From NCBI GenBank assembly GCA_021324155.1, contig JAJPJQ010000051.1:199293-263292 (forward strand): a DNA stretch of 64,000 nucleotides. Direction: 5' to 3'. Positions 35,269 to 45,282 of this stretch are shown piece after piece; positions within the stretch are counted from its first letter, which is position 1; each line of letters begins with the position of its first letter. This DNA comes from Pseudomonadota bacterium (lineage in GTDB: Bacteria; Desulfobacterota; Binatia; UBA9968). The translations under genes and the position numbers were made by a program. The notes beneath the pieces were generated by a model that saw only the letters and a program-made list of their open reading frames with translations, searched no databases and was not told the DNA's origin.

Positions 35269-37167
35269 TTACGCCTTCTTCGACCTCATTTCGGCGATTG
35301 AGACCTTTGGATACCAGTTCATGTTCGCGCCCTGCCCGGCCTGGGCGACCAGCACGTCGAGCAGGTAGGGCTTGCCGTCGCGCGTGGCATTGACGGCGCG
35401 CTGCATCGCGGGCTTCAAGTCTTTCGGGTCGGCGACAACTTCGCCCTTGATGTCGTACGCCTCGGCGATCTTGGCGAAGTTCACGTCCGGGTTGCCGAGG
35501 TGGCTCAGCATGTCGAGCTTCTTCTCGCGCTGGTTCTTGCCGCGCGTCCACATGCGGTTGCGCGTCTCGTTGTAGCTTCGGTTGTTGAAGACGACCGTGA
35601 TGATCGGCGCCTCGTGGCGGCGCATCGGCCAGAGCGCCTCCGTTTGGTTGAAGAGCATGCCGCCGTCGCCCTGGAGCGCCCAGACCTGTTGATTGGGCTT
35701 CGCGAGCTTGACGCCGATCGCCGCGGGCAAGCCCCAGCCGAGGCATTCGCCGGTGGTGCGGCCGAGCTGGGTTTTGGCGCCGTAGCCGATATTGATGTGG
35801 TCCATGCACTTGTTGCGCTGTGAGCCGAACTCCTCGACGATGATGGCGTCCTTGTCGGCGATCGCCTCGATCTCCTTGCCGACGCGGTCCCACTCGATCG
35901 GCTTGTTGTCCCAGATTTTCTTCGCGTTCGCCTCGCGCCCGGCGCGGAGCCGTTCGGTGAACTTCTTCGTCTCGTCGAAGCGCGCCTGACGAATTTTTTC
36001 GATGCGGTCCTTCGTCGCGACCGCCTTAACGGCGTCGATCAAGTCGCGCAGCGATTCGCGGACGTTGCCGACCAGCGCGTCCTCGATGGCGATCCCGTCG
36101 CCGAGGTGGCGCACGTCGGTGCCGGCGACGACCGCCGGAACTTTTTTCTCCGCCACGAAGCTTTCGTTTGCTTCGTCCCACCGCGCCCCGATATTCATAA
36201 AGAAGTCCACGTTCTGCGGATACCGGATCTGACCGCGCATCTGGCCGAGATAAAGCGGGTGCTGGTTCGGGAAAACCTGACAGAGCTGGCCGCGCTCGAA
36301 GATCGGAACGCCGAGCAGCTCGACCAGCTCGACGATCTCTTTCTGCCCGCCGCTCTGATAAACCTCGGGGCCGATGTTGAACAGCGGGCTCTTCGCCTCG
36401 ACCAGCATCTTCGCCGTTTTCTCGACCGTTTTGGCATTGGGCCGCACGTTCATCGGCACGTCGAATGTGCCGGGCATAAAAATTTTCGTTTTGGCCTTCA
36501 TCTCGAACATGACGTCGCGCGGGAACATCATATAGGTCGGACCGGAAGGCAGCGTCGACGCCACCTTGAACGCCTTCGCCGTCCACTCCGGCACGCGCGC
36601 GACCTCTTTCGGAATCCAGCGCCACTTGGTGTACTGCTTCATCGGCTCGAGCATGTCCTCGAGGTCCTCGTGGCCGTCGCGTCCGTCTTCCGTCGTGTCC
36701 GCGCGGTCGACTGCGATGACGAGCGGAATGCGGTCTTTCATCGCGTTGTAGATGTTGCCCGTCGAATGGGCCGCGCCGACGCGGCTGTACATGCAGAACG
36801 CCGTCTTGCCGGTCGCGAGCGCGTAGCCGCTCGCCATCGCCACCACGTGCGCCTCGTGCGTGGCGAGCACAAGTTTGAGCTTGGGCCGGTCGATGACGGC
36901 ATCGCAGAGCGCGCCGAGGCCCGAGCCGTTGCCGACGAAGAGGTATTCGTTGCCGGTCTGGAGCAGCTGCTCGGCGAGCAGCTCGCCGCCGTTGCCTTCG
37001 AATTCTTTCCAGTATTCTTTGCCGGCGGTCTCGGCGTGCGCCACCGGCGCGAGATTTTTGAGAATCGATTCCGCCGCGGTCATCGTGAAGCCGGCCGCGG
37101 CCATCGCCTTCAGGAAACCGCGGCGGGAAAGACCGAGGTCGAGATAATCTTTAACGAGCGCGCGCAT
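35269..37167 (-). CDS. thiamine-diphosphate-dependent enzyme (benzoylformate decarboxylase-like) with Tat signal
   Basis: SRRGFLK plus hydrophobic stretch plus AHA-E; THEAHV catalytic Glu; GDGG...NNRSY ThDP/Mg motif. Confidence 0.9.
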   Translation of the reverse strand: MRALVKDYLDLGLSRRGFLKAMAAAGFTMTAAESILKNLAPVAHAETAGKEYWKEFEGNGGELLAEQLLQTGNEYLFVGNGSGLGALCDAVIDRPKLKLVLATHEAHVVAMASGYALATGKTAFCMYSRVGAAHSTGNIYNAMKDRIPLVIAVDRADTTEDGRDGHEDLEDMLEPMKQYTKWRWIPKEVARVPEWTAKAFKVASTLPSGPTYMMFPRDVMFEMKAKTKIFMPGTFDVPMNVRPNAKTVEKTAKMLVEAKSPLFNIGPEVYQSGGQKEIVELVELLGVPIFERGQLCQVFPNQHPLYLGQMRGQIRYPQNVDFFMNIGARWDEANESFVAEKKVPAVVAGTDVRHLGDGIAIEDALVGNVRESLRDLIDAVKAVATKDRIEKIRQARFDETKKFTERLRAGREANAKKIWDNKPIEWDRVGKEIEAIADKDAIIVEEFGSQRNKCMDHINIGYGAKTQLGRTTGECLGWGLPAAIGVKLAKPNQQVWALQGDGGMLFNQTEALWPMRRHEAPIITVVFNNRSYNETRNRMWTRGKNQREKKLDMLSHLGNPDVNFAKIAEAYDIKGEVVADPKDLKPAMQRAVNATRDGKPYLLDVLVAQAGQGANMNWYPKVSIAEMRSKKA

Positions 37168-37200
37168 GGGGCACCTCCTGGGAAGATTGAGTTGGTTTAG

Positions 37201-37554
37201 TCAGTTTTTCTTCTTCGGGATCAGCTCGACGATCAATCCATCGGGGTCGCGGAACTTGATGCGCCCCCCGGCGGTCTTTTCTATAACAGGCGCGCCCAGT
37301 TCGGCAAGCAGCGGCACGAACGATTCGACGTCGTCGACCTCCATGCCGATATGATCGAACGGCCCCGGCGGCGCCGCTTCGGGCTTGTCGTACTGCGTGA
37401 ACGTGAGATCGATGGCATCGTCTTTCAAGTGCAGCGCCATATGGTCGCGCACGCGATGCGTGCCCGTATGCTCGAAGCCGAAAAGCCGCTGGTAAAATGC
37501 GCGGCTCTTTTCCAGATCGCCGCTCTTGATCGCCAAGTGCGTCACTTTGCTCAT
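37201..37554 (-). CDS. VOC family protein
   Basis: HLAI..DLEKS.AFY, DHIGMEVDD, DPDGLIVEL. Confidence 0.9.
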   Translation of the reverse strand: MSKVTHLAIKSGDLEKSRAFYQRLFGFEHTGTHRVRDHMALHLKDDAIDLTFTQYDKPEAAPPGPFDHIGMEVDDVESFVPLLAELGAPVIEKTAGGRIKFRDPDGLIVELIPKKKN

Positions 37555-37574
37555 GTCATCTCCTCTCGATCCTG

Positions 37575-38537
37575 TTAGTGCGCCGCCTCGAGCTGCTTGA
37601 TAAAACCGCTTTTTTCCAGCTCGGCCAGCGGCTGGAGCGAAAAAATTTCCTCGGCCTTGAGCTTGCCGACCAGCGGATCGCGCGCCGCCATGATGTCGAT
37701 CGTCGCCTTAGCCGCCGTCAAGTCGCCGACCGGTCGCAATCCCATCTGATGCTGCGGGTGCGTCTTGTAAATCACTTCCAGCGCCTCAGCGTCGGTTAGG
37801 CGTAAGAAGTCCTTGAGATAGGCGAGGCTCTTGGCCTTCTCACGGAGAAAGAAGCGCGCGCCTTCGATGTAGGCTCTCAAAAAGCGCTGCACCGTGTCCG
37901 GTTTTTTCGCGACCCACGTCGGCGACGCGACGATGGCGCTGCCGAAGAACGGCAGCGTGGGCATATCGAGCACGCGAAAACCCATGCGCCGTGCGTAATA
38001 CGATTCGCCGGACGACAGCACGGTCGCCTCCAGCGCGCCCTTCTCCAAAGATATGAGCCGCGCCTGGCCGACCTGGATAATCTGAATATCCTTGTCGGGG
38101 TCGAGGCCAAGCCGCTGGAATAGATAGCGCACCATCAGCTCGGAGATGCCGCCGAAACGGATGATGCCGACGCGCTTGCCCTTCAATTGCTTCACGTCCT
38201 TGATCTCCGGGCGCGTCACGACGTCGTAATCGAGCGTGTTCGACTGCGAGACGAGAAACGTGAGCTTGACGCCGTGCGCCATCGCCTGCAGCGCGGCGAC
38301 CGGCGCGCGCAGATCCAGGTCGACGTCGCCGTTGATGAGCGCGCTCACCGCCGCGGGACCGCCGGTGATGAGAATGATCTCGGTATCGAGGTTGTATTTC
38401 TTGAACAGCCCGGCGCGGTCGGTCACGTAAGTGACGATCGCCGTATTGCCACTGACCGAAGCATAAGAGATGCGGAGCTTTTCAGCCCCCGCCGGAGCGG
38501 CTAGGCATAGGATGAAAACGAGGCAGAGCGTGCGCAT
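37575..38537 (-). CDS. SsuA/THI5(NMT1)-like SBP
   Basis: Signal peptide; GLFKKYNLD, QLKGKRVGIIRFGG. Confidence 0.9.
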   Translation of the reverse strand: MRTLCLVFILCLAAPAGAEKLRISYASVSGNTAIVTYVTDRAGLFKKYNLDTEIILITGGPAAVSALINGDVDLDLRAPVAALQAMAHGVKLTFLVSQSNTLDYDVVTRPEIKDVKQLKGKRVGIIRFGGISELMVRYLFQRLGLDPDKDIQIIQVGQARLISLEKGALEATVLSSGESYYARRMGFRVLDMPTLPFFGSAIVASPTWVAKKPDTVQRFLRAYIEGARFFLREKAKSLAYLKDFLRLTDAEALEVIYKTHPQHQMGLRPVGDLTAAKATIDIMAARDPLVGKLKAEEIFSLQPLAELEKSGFIKQLEAAH

Positions 38538-39686
38538 CTATTGCACTACGAACTGGAGCGTCTCGTTCCGTTCCTTCTGTTCTTCGTAGAGCGCGGTGAA
38601 GCGCATGCCGATTTTGAAATGAGACCGGTCGGGGACGCCTTCGATATCGGTCGCATTGGAGATCCTCAGCGCGAGCGGCTTGCCGTCTTCCGTCGAAACC
38701 GTGAGATAGCGCCCTTCTTCTTCGATCTTGTCGATCTTCCCTTTCACCGTTCTCTCGTTGACGGTCGTAATTTCGGGACCTTCGCCGCGGAGCTCGCGAT
38801 AGATCGTCGCAGCGATGACCGGGTAATGCGCCTCGCGGTCCCAGCCCTTGTACTCCTCCATGCGGAAATTTTTCCGGATCGCTTCGAGCGGCATGCCCTT
38901 TTCCATCATTGCGCGGACTTTCTGCCGCGCGATGACAAGGTAGTCGATCATCGCCTGCAGATCGGTCGTGCCCATAAGCGGCCCGTGCGCCGGCACGATG
39001 ACCTTGGGCTTGAGAGCGATCAGCGCTTCGAGCTGCTTCATCATGCCGACGGTCGTGCCGTGGCTATAGTCGGGGCGGATGTCGGGATGGCGCTCTTTGT
39101 AGCCGGCGAAACCGGCATGGAGAACGCCTTCCTCAGGCATCCAGACTGCGATGTCGCCGGGATTGTAAGCGTCGTCGACGTAGATCAGCTCCATCGTTTT
39201 GCCGCCCAGGCGAAGCGTCATGCGGTCCGTAAACGTGAGCGCGGCGTCGAGCGGATGAAAATTTTTCAGCGCCTCGCTTCGCTCGGGAAAGCGCTTGCGC
39301 CAGGTATTCACCTGGTATGGCTTCCAGCCGGCCCACTCCTTCGCGGTGCGCGCGTGCAGCACGACCGTCGCGGGCGGCGAGAAGAGTGGCGTGCCGCCGA
39401 TGTGATCGCCGTGATTCTGCGTGATGACGACGTAGCGCACCGGCTGCTGCGTCACGGCCTGAATGTGCTTCTGGATGTTCCGCGTCTCGGGCTGGTTATT
39501 GCCGGTGTCGATCACCACGACGCCTTGCGAAGTCACGACAATCATCGCGTTGGCGTCGTTGAGCTTGCCGACGTACGCGTAGACACCGTCGGCGAGCTTT
39601 TTGAATTCCGCCTTGTCGGGCGTGATGGCGTGGACGGGCGTCGCAAACGCGGCGAGCATCACCGCGGCGAAAAAAGCTTTTCTCAC
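38538..39686 (-). CDS. secreted MBL-fold metallo-hydrolase with extra C-terminal beta domain
   Basis: Signal peptide; VVIDTG, TQNHGDH, VPAHG. Confidence 0.85.
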   Translation of the reverse strand: MRKAFFAAVMLAAFATPVHAITPDKAEFKKLADGVYAYVGKLNDANAMIVVTSQGVVVIDTGNNQPETRNIQKHIQAVTQQPVRYVVITQNHGDHIGGTPLFSPPATVVLHARTAKEWAGWKPYQVNTWRKRFPERSEALKNFHPLDAALTFTDRMTLRLGGKTMELIYVDDAYNPGDIAVWMPEEGVLHAGFAGYKERHPDIRPDYSHGTTVGMMKQLEALIALKPKVIVPAHGPLMGTTDLQAMIDYLVIARQKVRAMMEKGMPLEAIRKNFRMEEYKGWDREAHYPVIAATIYRELRGEGPEITTVNERTVKGKIDKIEEEGRYLTVSTEDGKPLALRISNATDIEGVPDRSHFKIGMRFTALYEEQKERNETLQFVVQ

Positions 39687-39687
39687 T

Positions 39688-40605
39688 CTAGTTTCCCTTG
39701 ACTGCGCGGTACGCCGCCTCGATGTTATTGGGGAAACGATCTTTGCCCTCCCAGTCTTCGGTCCCGGGAACTTTCAATTCCTTCTTGATCTCGTCGAGCG
39801 ATTTGCCCTGCTTGACCATGGCGGTCACGCCCTTCATCAGCGCATCGTAATAGTTTTCCATGTCGTCGAGGATCTTCGCCGTACCCGGAACGCCGTGGCC
39901 GGGAATCACGACCTCGGGCTTGAGCGCCTGCATCATCCTAATCGCGTCGAGCGTGTCCGGGATGCTGACGAACGGACGGTGATTGCCGAAGCGCTTCACG
40001 CCCACTGACGCCGCCGTGAACAGCACGCGCTCTTTCGGCAGCCAGATCGCCGTGTCCGCCTCGCTGTGGACGTTTTTCAAATAGTAAAGCTCGAATGTGC
40101 GCTCACCCACAGTAAGCGTCATGCGGTTGCGGTACTCGACGTGCGGCGGCACGAGGCGGAAGCCCTTGAATGCATCGCGCATCTCGGGGGATTTTGCCGT
40201 CTCCCGCTCGATGCGCGCCGGACTGAAGGATTCGGACTGTTTCATCGACGCGCTCGCGCCGCTCGCCGCAACCACGACGGCCGGCGGCGAGAACACGAAA
40301 TCGCCCATGACGTGGTCCGGATGTGGCTCGGTATGGATGACGAAGCGCACGGGATCGGAACCGAGCTTTTTGACCGCCGCAGCAACAACATAAGAGTCTT
40401 TCGGGCTCTGGCCGGCGTCGATAAGGACGACGCCGTCGCTCGTGCGTATGATCGTGCTGTTGGCCTCGTTGAGCACTGCCGCGTAGACGTAGATGCCATC
40501 CTTCACCTGCTTGAAGTGAGGCCCGAGATCCTGCGCCGACGCCGGCGCGGCGAGCCAGAGGCCCAGCGCCGCGAGATAAACAGCGAGAGAAAATTTGGTT
40601 TTCAT
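39688..40605 (-). CDS. secreted MBL-fold metallo-hydrolase
   Basis: Signal peptide; VLIDAG, TEPHPDH, VHSEAD, IPGHG. Confidence 0.87.
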   Translation of the reverse strand: MKTKFSLAVYLAALGLWLAAPASAQDLGPHFKQVKDGIYVYAAVLNEANSTIIRTSDGVVLIDAGQSPKDSYVVAAAVKKLGSDPVRFVIHTEPHPDHVMGDFVFSPPAVVVAASGASASMKQSESFSPARIERETAKSPEMRDAFKGFRLVPPHVEYRNRMTLTVGERTFELYYLKNVHSEADTAIWLPKERVLFTAASVGVKRFGNHRPFVSIPDTLDAIRMMQALKPEVVIPGHGVPGTAKILDDMENYYDALMKGVTAMVKQGKSLDEIKKELKVPGTEDWEGKDRFPNNIEAAYRAVKGN

Positions 40606-40613
40606 CGAACGCC

Positions 40614-41528
40614 TCACTTCCCTTGCACCGCGCGGTAAGCCGCTTCGATGTTGCCGGGGTATCGTTCCTTCGTTGCCCACCCGTCGTACTCGGGCATTTT
40701 GACGGTCTTTTGAATTTCGTCGAGGGATTTTCCCTCGCGCGCCAGTTTGCCGACCCGCTCGAGCAGTAGAGCATAGTAGCGCTCGGAATCGTCAAATATC
40801 TTCGTCGTTCCGGGAATGCCGTGTCCGGGAATGACGGATTCCGGATTGAGCGCCTTCATCATTTTCGCCGCTGCGAGAATATCTGGAATGTTGACGTTGG
40901 GCCGGAAGACGTTGAACTGCTCGACCACGACCGCCGAGGCGGAAAAGAGCACGCGCTCCTTCGGCAGCCAGACCGCAGAGTCGGCTTCGCTGTGGACATT
41001 TTTCATGTAGTAAAGCTCAAAAGTCCGCTCGCCCACGTTGAGCGTCATTCTGTCGCGGTATTCCACGTGCGGCAGCACCATGCGATAGCCTTCGAACGCC
41101 GCGCGCATCTCGGGCGACGACTCCGCGAGCTTGCGGTTGCGGTCGGGATCGGCTTTGTCGCGCGCGAGCATCGATTCGCCCGCCCCTTTCGCCGCGATGA
41201 TCGTCGCCGGCGGCGAGAAGACGAAATGGCCCGTCGTGTGGTCGGGATGCGGCTCGGTATCGATGAGGAAGCGAATGGGCAGCGGCGTGATTTTTTTGAC
41301 CGCGTCGGCGATCGCCCTGGAATCCGTCGGATTATGCCCGCTGTCGATCAGCACGACGCCTTCCTGCGTCACGACAATGCCGCAATTGGAGTTGAGGTTT
41401 TTGCCGACATAGACGTAAATGCCGTCCTTGAATTTTTTGATCTGCGGTCCCAGATCCTGGGCCGGCAGCGGCGCGGCGATGAGCCACAAAGCCACGGCGA
41501 AGAGCGCGGAGAAAAATTTGAGCTTCAT
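40614..41528 (-). CDS. secreted MBL-fold metallo-hydrolase
   Basis: Signal peptide; VLIDSG, TEPHPDH, VHSEAD, IPGHG. Confidence 0.87.
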   Translation of the reverse strand: MKLKFFSALFAVALWLIAAPLPAQDLGPQIKKFKDGIYVYVGKNLNSNCGIVVTQEGVVLIDSGHNPTDSRAIADAVKKITPLPIRFLIDTEPHPDHTTGHFVFSPPATIIAAKGAGESMLARDKADPDRNRKLAESSPEMRAAFEGYRMVLPHVEYRDRMTLNVGERTFELYYMKNVHSEADSAVWLPKERVLFSASAVVVEQFNVFRPNVNIPDILAAAKMMKALNPESVIPGHGIPGTTKIFDDSERYYALLLERVGKLAREGKSLDEIQKTVKMPEYDGWATKERYPGNIEAAYRAVQGK

Positions 41529-41539
41529 GAGCTCCCCTC

Positions 41540-42481
41540 TCACTTACCCTTAAGTGTGGCGTAGGCGACATCGATGTTGACGCCCAGGCGGTCCTGGCCG
41601 GCCCACTCGGCGTACTCGGGCATTTTGAGCTCTTTTTTGATCTCGTCCAGCGATTTCCCCTTTTTCGACATTTCGTCCACGCGCTTCATGAGCAGCGTGT
41701 AGAAACCTTCGTACTCGTCGAAAATTTTCGCCGTCGTGGGCTGGCCGTGGCCCGGAACGACGACCTCGGGATTGAGCGCGCGCATCACCTTGTAGCCTGC
41801 GAAGACGTCGTTAAAGCGGACATGCGGGCGAAGGTTGATCATCGTCTTGACGTTCGCCGCCGAGCCGGCGAACAGCACGCGCTCCTTCGGCAGCCAGATG
41901 ATCGAATCGGCCTCGCTGTGGACGTTCTTCAGATAGATCACCTCGAAGGTGCGCTCGCCGAGCTGAATGGTCAGCCGATCTTTATATTCGATCTGCGGCG
42001 CGATGAACTTGTAGTTCTTCACGACCTCGGCGACGTCGGGCGACTGCTTCGCAAGCGTCTCGGCCCGTTTGGGATCGAGCCCTTTTTTCATGCCTTCGGC
42101 CGCGCCCTGCGCATTGAACACGACCGCCGGAGGCGAGAACACGAAATGATTCCAGGTGTGGTCGTTGTGCACTTCGGTGTCGACAAGAAAGCGGATCGGC
42201 TTGTCGGTGACTTTTTTTACCGCCGCCAGCATTTTTTTCGAATCCAGCGAGTTGTTGCAGCTGTCGATCATCAACACACCGTCATTGGTGACCACCATGC
42301 TGCAGGTCGTTGTTGTCTGATCGGGAGCGAACGTGTAGATGCCGTCTCTCACCTTGTGAAAGCCGGGGCCGAGGTCCTGAGCGTTAGCGGTACGAGGAGC
42401 CGACGTCGGCGGTCTTTCGGTCGAGCAGCCGACGGCGAATAGAAAGGACGCGGCGCAAGCCGCAAAGAGCTTGACTCTCAT
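41540..42481 (-). CDS. MBL-fold metallo-hydrolase lipoprotein
   Basis: AVGC lipobox; TEVHNDH, VHSEAD, VPGHG. Confidence 0.87.
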   Translation of the reverse strand: MRVKLFAACAASFLFAVGCSTERPPTSAPRTANAQDLGPGFHKVRDGIYTFAPDQTTTTCSMVVTNDGVLMIDSCNNSLDSKKMLAAVKKVTDKPIRFLVDTEVHNDHTWNHFVFSPPAVVFNAQGAAEGMKKGLDPKRAETLAKQSPDVAEVVKNYKFIAPQIEYKDRLTIQLGERTFEVIYLKNVHSEADSIIWLPKERVLFAGSAANVKTMINLRPHVRFNDVFAGYKVMRALNPEVVVPGHGQPTTAKIFDEYEGFYTLLMKRVDEMSKKGKSLDEIKKELKMPEYAEWAGQDRLGVNIDVAYATLKGK

Positions 42482-42577
42482 AGGCGCCTCCTATAAGCGA
42501 ATGTCCGCGCTGCAAGCTACTAGGAAAGCCGGGGCGGGTCAATGCAGCCCGCGTTCCCTTAAAGGACCCGAAGTTTC

Positions 42578-44113
42578 TTACTTAAAATCGGGTTTCTCCT
42601 TCATGTAGAACTTTTCCAGCGCCGGCCGGTAGCGGTCCATAATTTCTTTATTCAAGTGGATCGGCGGCTTTTGATCGGGCGGCAGGAACGATTTGTATTG
42701 CACAGCGCCGATCTCCTTTTTGAACGTCTCTTTGGCTTGCGCCACCAGAGCAGGATCGGCGAAAAAATCCACAACGGAAGCCGCGAGCGCCTTGGCGCCG
42801 ACGACCGCGCCTTTATGCGCTAGCGACGTGGCGGGCGCGACGCCGGCAGCCCAATGGTGCGCCGGAATGCCGGGGATATTGGACGGGAAGGACACCCGCC
42901 CCGTCGGAACGATCCACGTCACCTCTCCGGAATCGTTCGACGACGCCGTCTGGCGCGACTCGCGAAGCGCCTCGACCTTGTGATGGAGGCCGATCACCGG
43001 CGCGCCCTGCTTTTTTTGTAGTTCCTTGGCGAGCGCTTCCTCCTCCTCGCTCCACTTCGGCATGCCGATGAGCTCCATGTTTTTCTGCGTTACTTCGGCG
43101 AGCGTCTTATTGCCGCGGGTCGGCCAGATCGCGCTGAAGACCTGAAAGCTCCACTGCGTGCCGGTCATGAGCGCCGCGCCCTCGGCGATCTTCTTCGCCT
43201 TATCGAAGTTCGCCTGCGCGCGCTCGATCGTCGTCTCGCGGAAGAACCACCAGATTTTGGCCAGCGGTGGGATGACGTTTGGCTGATCGCCGCCGAAGCT
43301 GATCACTCGATGGCTCCGCTGCGTGGGCTCCAGATGCTCGCGCAGCTTGTCGAAGCCGATGTCCATCAGCTCCGCCGCGTCGACGGCGTCTCTCCCATGC
43401 CATGGCGCCGATGCCGCGTGCGAAGTCTGCCCTTTGAACGTGAATTCCGCCGAGATGAGCGCGTATTGGCGGACACCGTACTCGGTCTTGAGCTCTTCGC
43501 CGACATGATCGTGAAACGCTATGTCGACGTCTTTAAAGTAGCCATCACGGACGAAGTACGGCCGCGGGATCAGAAGCTCCTCGGCCGGCGAGCCGAAGAT
43601 CTTGAGTGTCCCCTTGAGCTTGAATTGATCCATCGCTTTTTTTATGGCGAAAGCCGCGCCGATCATAACCGCCGCGTTCGTGTTGTGGCCTTCGGCGTGT
43701 CCCGGCGCGCCTTCGACCATCGGCTTGTGGTCGGTGACGCCGGGCGTCTGCGAGTTCCCCGGTGTTGTATCGTACTCGGTATGGATCGCGATCACCGGCG
43801 CGCCCGAACCGTATGTAGCCATGAACGCGGTCGGCATGCCGGATATCCCGCGCTCCACTTTGAAGCCGCCCTTCTCGAGAATCCCGGTCATGAGCTTCGA
43901 GGTTTCGAACTCCTGCATGCCCAGCTCGGCGAAATAGAAGATGTTGTCGCCGAGAAGCGCGATCGCCTTGGCGTTCTCGTCGACCGATTTGAAGACGACT
44001 TCTTTTTGCGCCGACAGATTCTGCGCCGCGGCCGGCACGGCGCCGAGAATCCACACGGCGAGCGACAACAGGGCGGCGAGTCGGAGCGCAGTTTTGCGGT
44101 TGGTGAAAAACAT
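42578..44113 (-). CDS. secreted M20 amidohydrolase (AbgB-like)
   Basis: Signal peptide; ELGMQEFETS, GHAEGHN, PAEE, HAASAPW.GR, PNVIP. Confidence 0.88.
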   Translation of the reverse strand: MFFTNRKTALRLAALLSLAVWILGAVPAAAQNLSAQKEVVFKSVDENAKAIALLGDNIFYFAELGMQEFETSKLMTGILEKGGFKVERGISGMPTAFMATYGSGAPVIAIHTEYDTTPGNSQTPGVTDHKPMVEGAPGHAEGHNTNAAVMIGAAFAIKKAMDQFKLKGTLKIFGSPAEELLIPRPYFVRDGYFKDVDIAFHDHVGEELKTEYGVRQYALISAEFTFKGQTSHAASAPWHGRDAVDAAELMDIGFDKLREHLEPTQRSHRVISFGGDQPNVIPPLAKIWWFFRETTIERAQANFDKAKKIAEGAALMTGTQWSFQVFSAIWPTRGNKTLAEVTQKNMELIGMPKWSEEEEALAKELQKKQGAPVIGLHHKVEALRESRQTASSNDSGEVTWIVPTGRVSFPSNIPGIPAHHWAAGVAPATSLAHKGAVVGAKALAASVVDFFADPALVAQAKETFKKEIGAVQYKSFLPPDQKPPIHLNKEIMDRYRPALEKFYMKEKPDFK

Positions 44114-44188
44114 CCGTGACCTCCGTGAGAAAAATTACCGCGAAGGTAGTAAACGGACGCGGCCGATGTCAAGGGAGGAGAGTGTGTT

Positions 44189-45274
44189 TCAGCGCGCTCC
44201 GAGAAGCTTGCGGACGCGCTCGGCCGCCTCTTGCCTGCCGGTCGTGATCCACTGCCATTCGGCTTCGTCGAAGTAGCGCACGCCGGCGCGCGGAATAGCC
44301 GCGGGGTTCAGGAACGATTCGTCCACATCGCGCCGCAGAGTCGGCGCGCCGAAGCCTTTGGAATAAATTCCCAGACCCTCTTTGGAAACGATCCAGTTGG
44401 CGAACACGAGGGCGGCATTCGGATGCGGCGCGCGGCCGGCGACGGTCAGAAGCCATGGCGAGGCGTTGATCGTCGGTGCGATCGGCGGGAGTTCAAAGAT
44501 TTCTTCGATCTTGAATCCCTCCTGCTGAAGTGGCCGCACGTTGTCCTCGTCGCAGTTGAGACATATCGGATGCGTGCCGCGGGCGAGCCAGTCGGCCATC
44601 TGCCTGCGCTCGCGACTTAAGGCCGGCTTCTGATCGCGGAAGAGCCTGACTACGAAGTCTTCGCCCATCTGGAGCAGGAAGCGGCCCGCTTTGTTGGCGC
44701 CTGCGCCCACCGTCGCGGGGTCCTCGCTCGCAATCTTGCCGCGCCAGCGTGGCTGGAGCAGATCCGCCGCTGTGCGCAGGTCGTCGGGCCTGACGTAATC
44801 CCTGTTGATGTGGAACTGGCTTCTGACGCCGCTGAACGGACGAAGCACATAGCGCTCCTCGGGATCGGCGAACCAGAGCTTACCGTTTTTCCACCTCGAC
44901 GGATCGGTAACCTCCGGCAGCATCAGCAGCGGCCTCAGTGGATCGAGCATCCGCTCCTTGTAAAGCACCTGAGCGGTCGTATCCGGACCGGCGAGGAAAA
45001 CGTCCATGACATAAAGGCCGGCGTTGCGCTCGTTGCGGACGCGCGCGGCGATCTCGCTCGAGCGGCCGGCGACGAACTCGACCTGAATGCCGAAGCGCGC
45101 GGCAAAGCGCGGGATGATTTCCTTGCGCATCACGGGATCGGGAAAGCCCGCGACGACAACCGATCCTTCCTTTTTTCCCGCTGCAACGGCGGCGTTCCAG
45201 CTTTTCTCCCAGTGAGCGGTCTGAGCAAAAGCCGGCGGCGCCGCAAGGAGGCCGATCAACAGAAGGCGCAGCAT
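44189..45274 (-). CDS. extracellular solute-binding protein (Fe3+/thiamine-type)
   Basis: Signal peptide; AGKKEGSVVV, DLLQPRWRGKI, APHPNAALVFANW. Confidence 0.85.
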   Translation of the reverse strand: MLRLLLIGLLAAPPAFAQTAHWEKSWNAAVAAGKKEGSVVVAGFPDPVMRKEIIPRFAARFGIQVEFVAGRSSEIAARVRNERNAGLYVMDVFLAGPDTTAQVLYKERMLDPLRPLLMLPEVTDPSRWKNGKLWFADPEERYVLRPFSGVRSQFHINRDYVRPDDLRTAADLLQPRWRGKIASEDPATVGAGANKAGRFLLQMGEDFVVRLFRDQKPALSRERRQMADWLARGTHPICLNCDEDNVRPLQQEGFKIEEIFELPPIAPTINASPWLLTVAGRAPHPNAALVFANWIVSKEGLGIYSKGFGAPTLRRDVDESFLNPAAIPRAGVRYFDEAEWQWITTGRQEAAERVRKLLGAR

Positions 45275-45282
45275 CGCGAATC

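Noticed and set aside
38538..42481. MBL genes as beta-lactamase resistance genes
   Set aside because: Metal ligands differ from the B1/B2/B3 patterns and the context is catabolic
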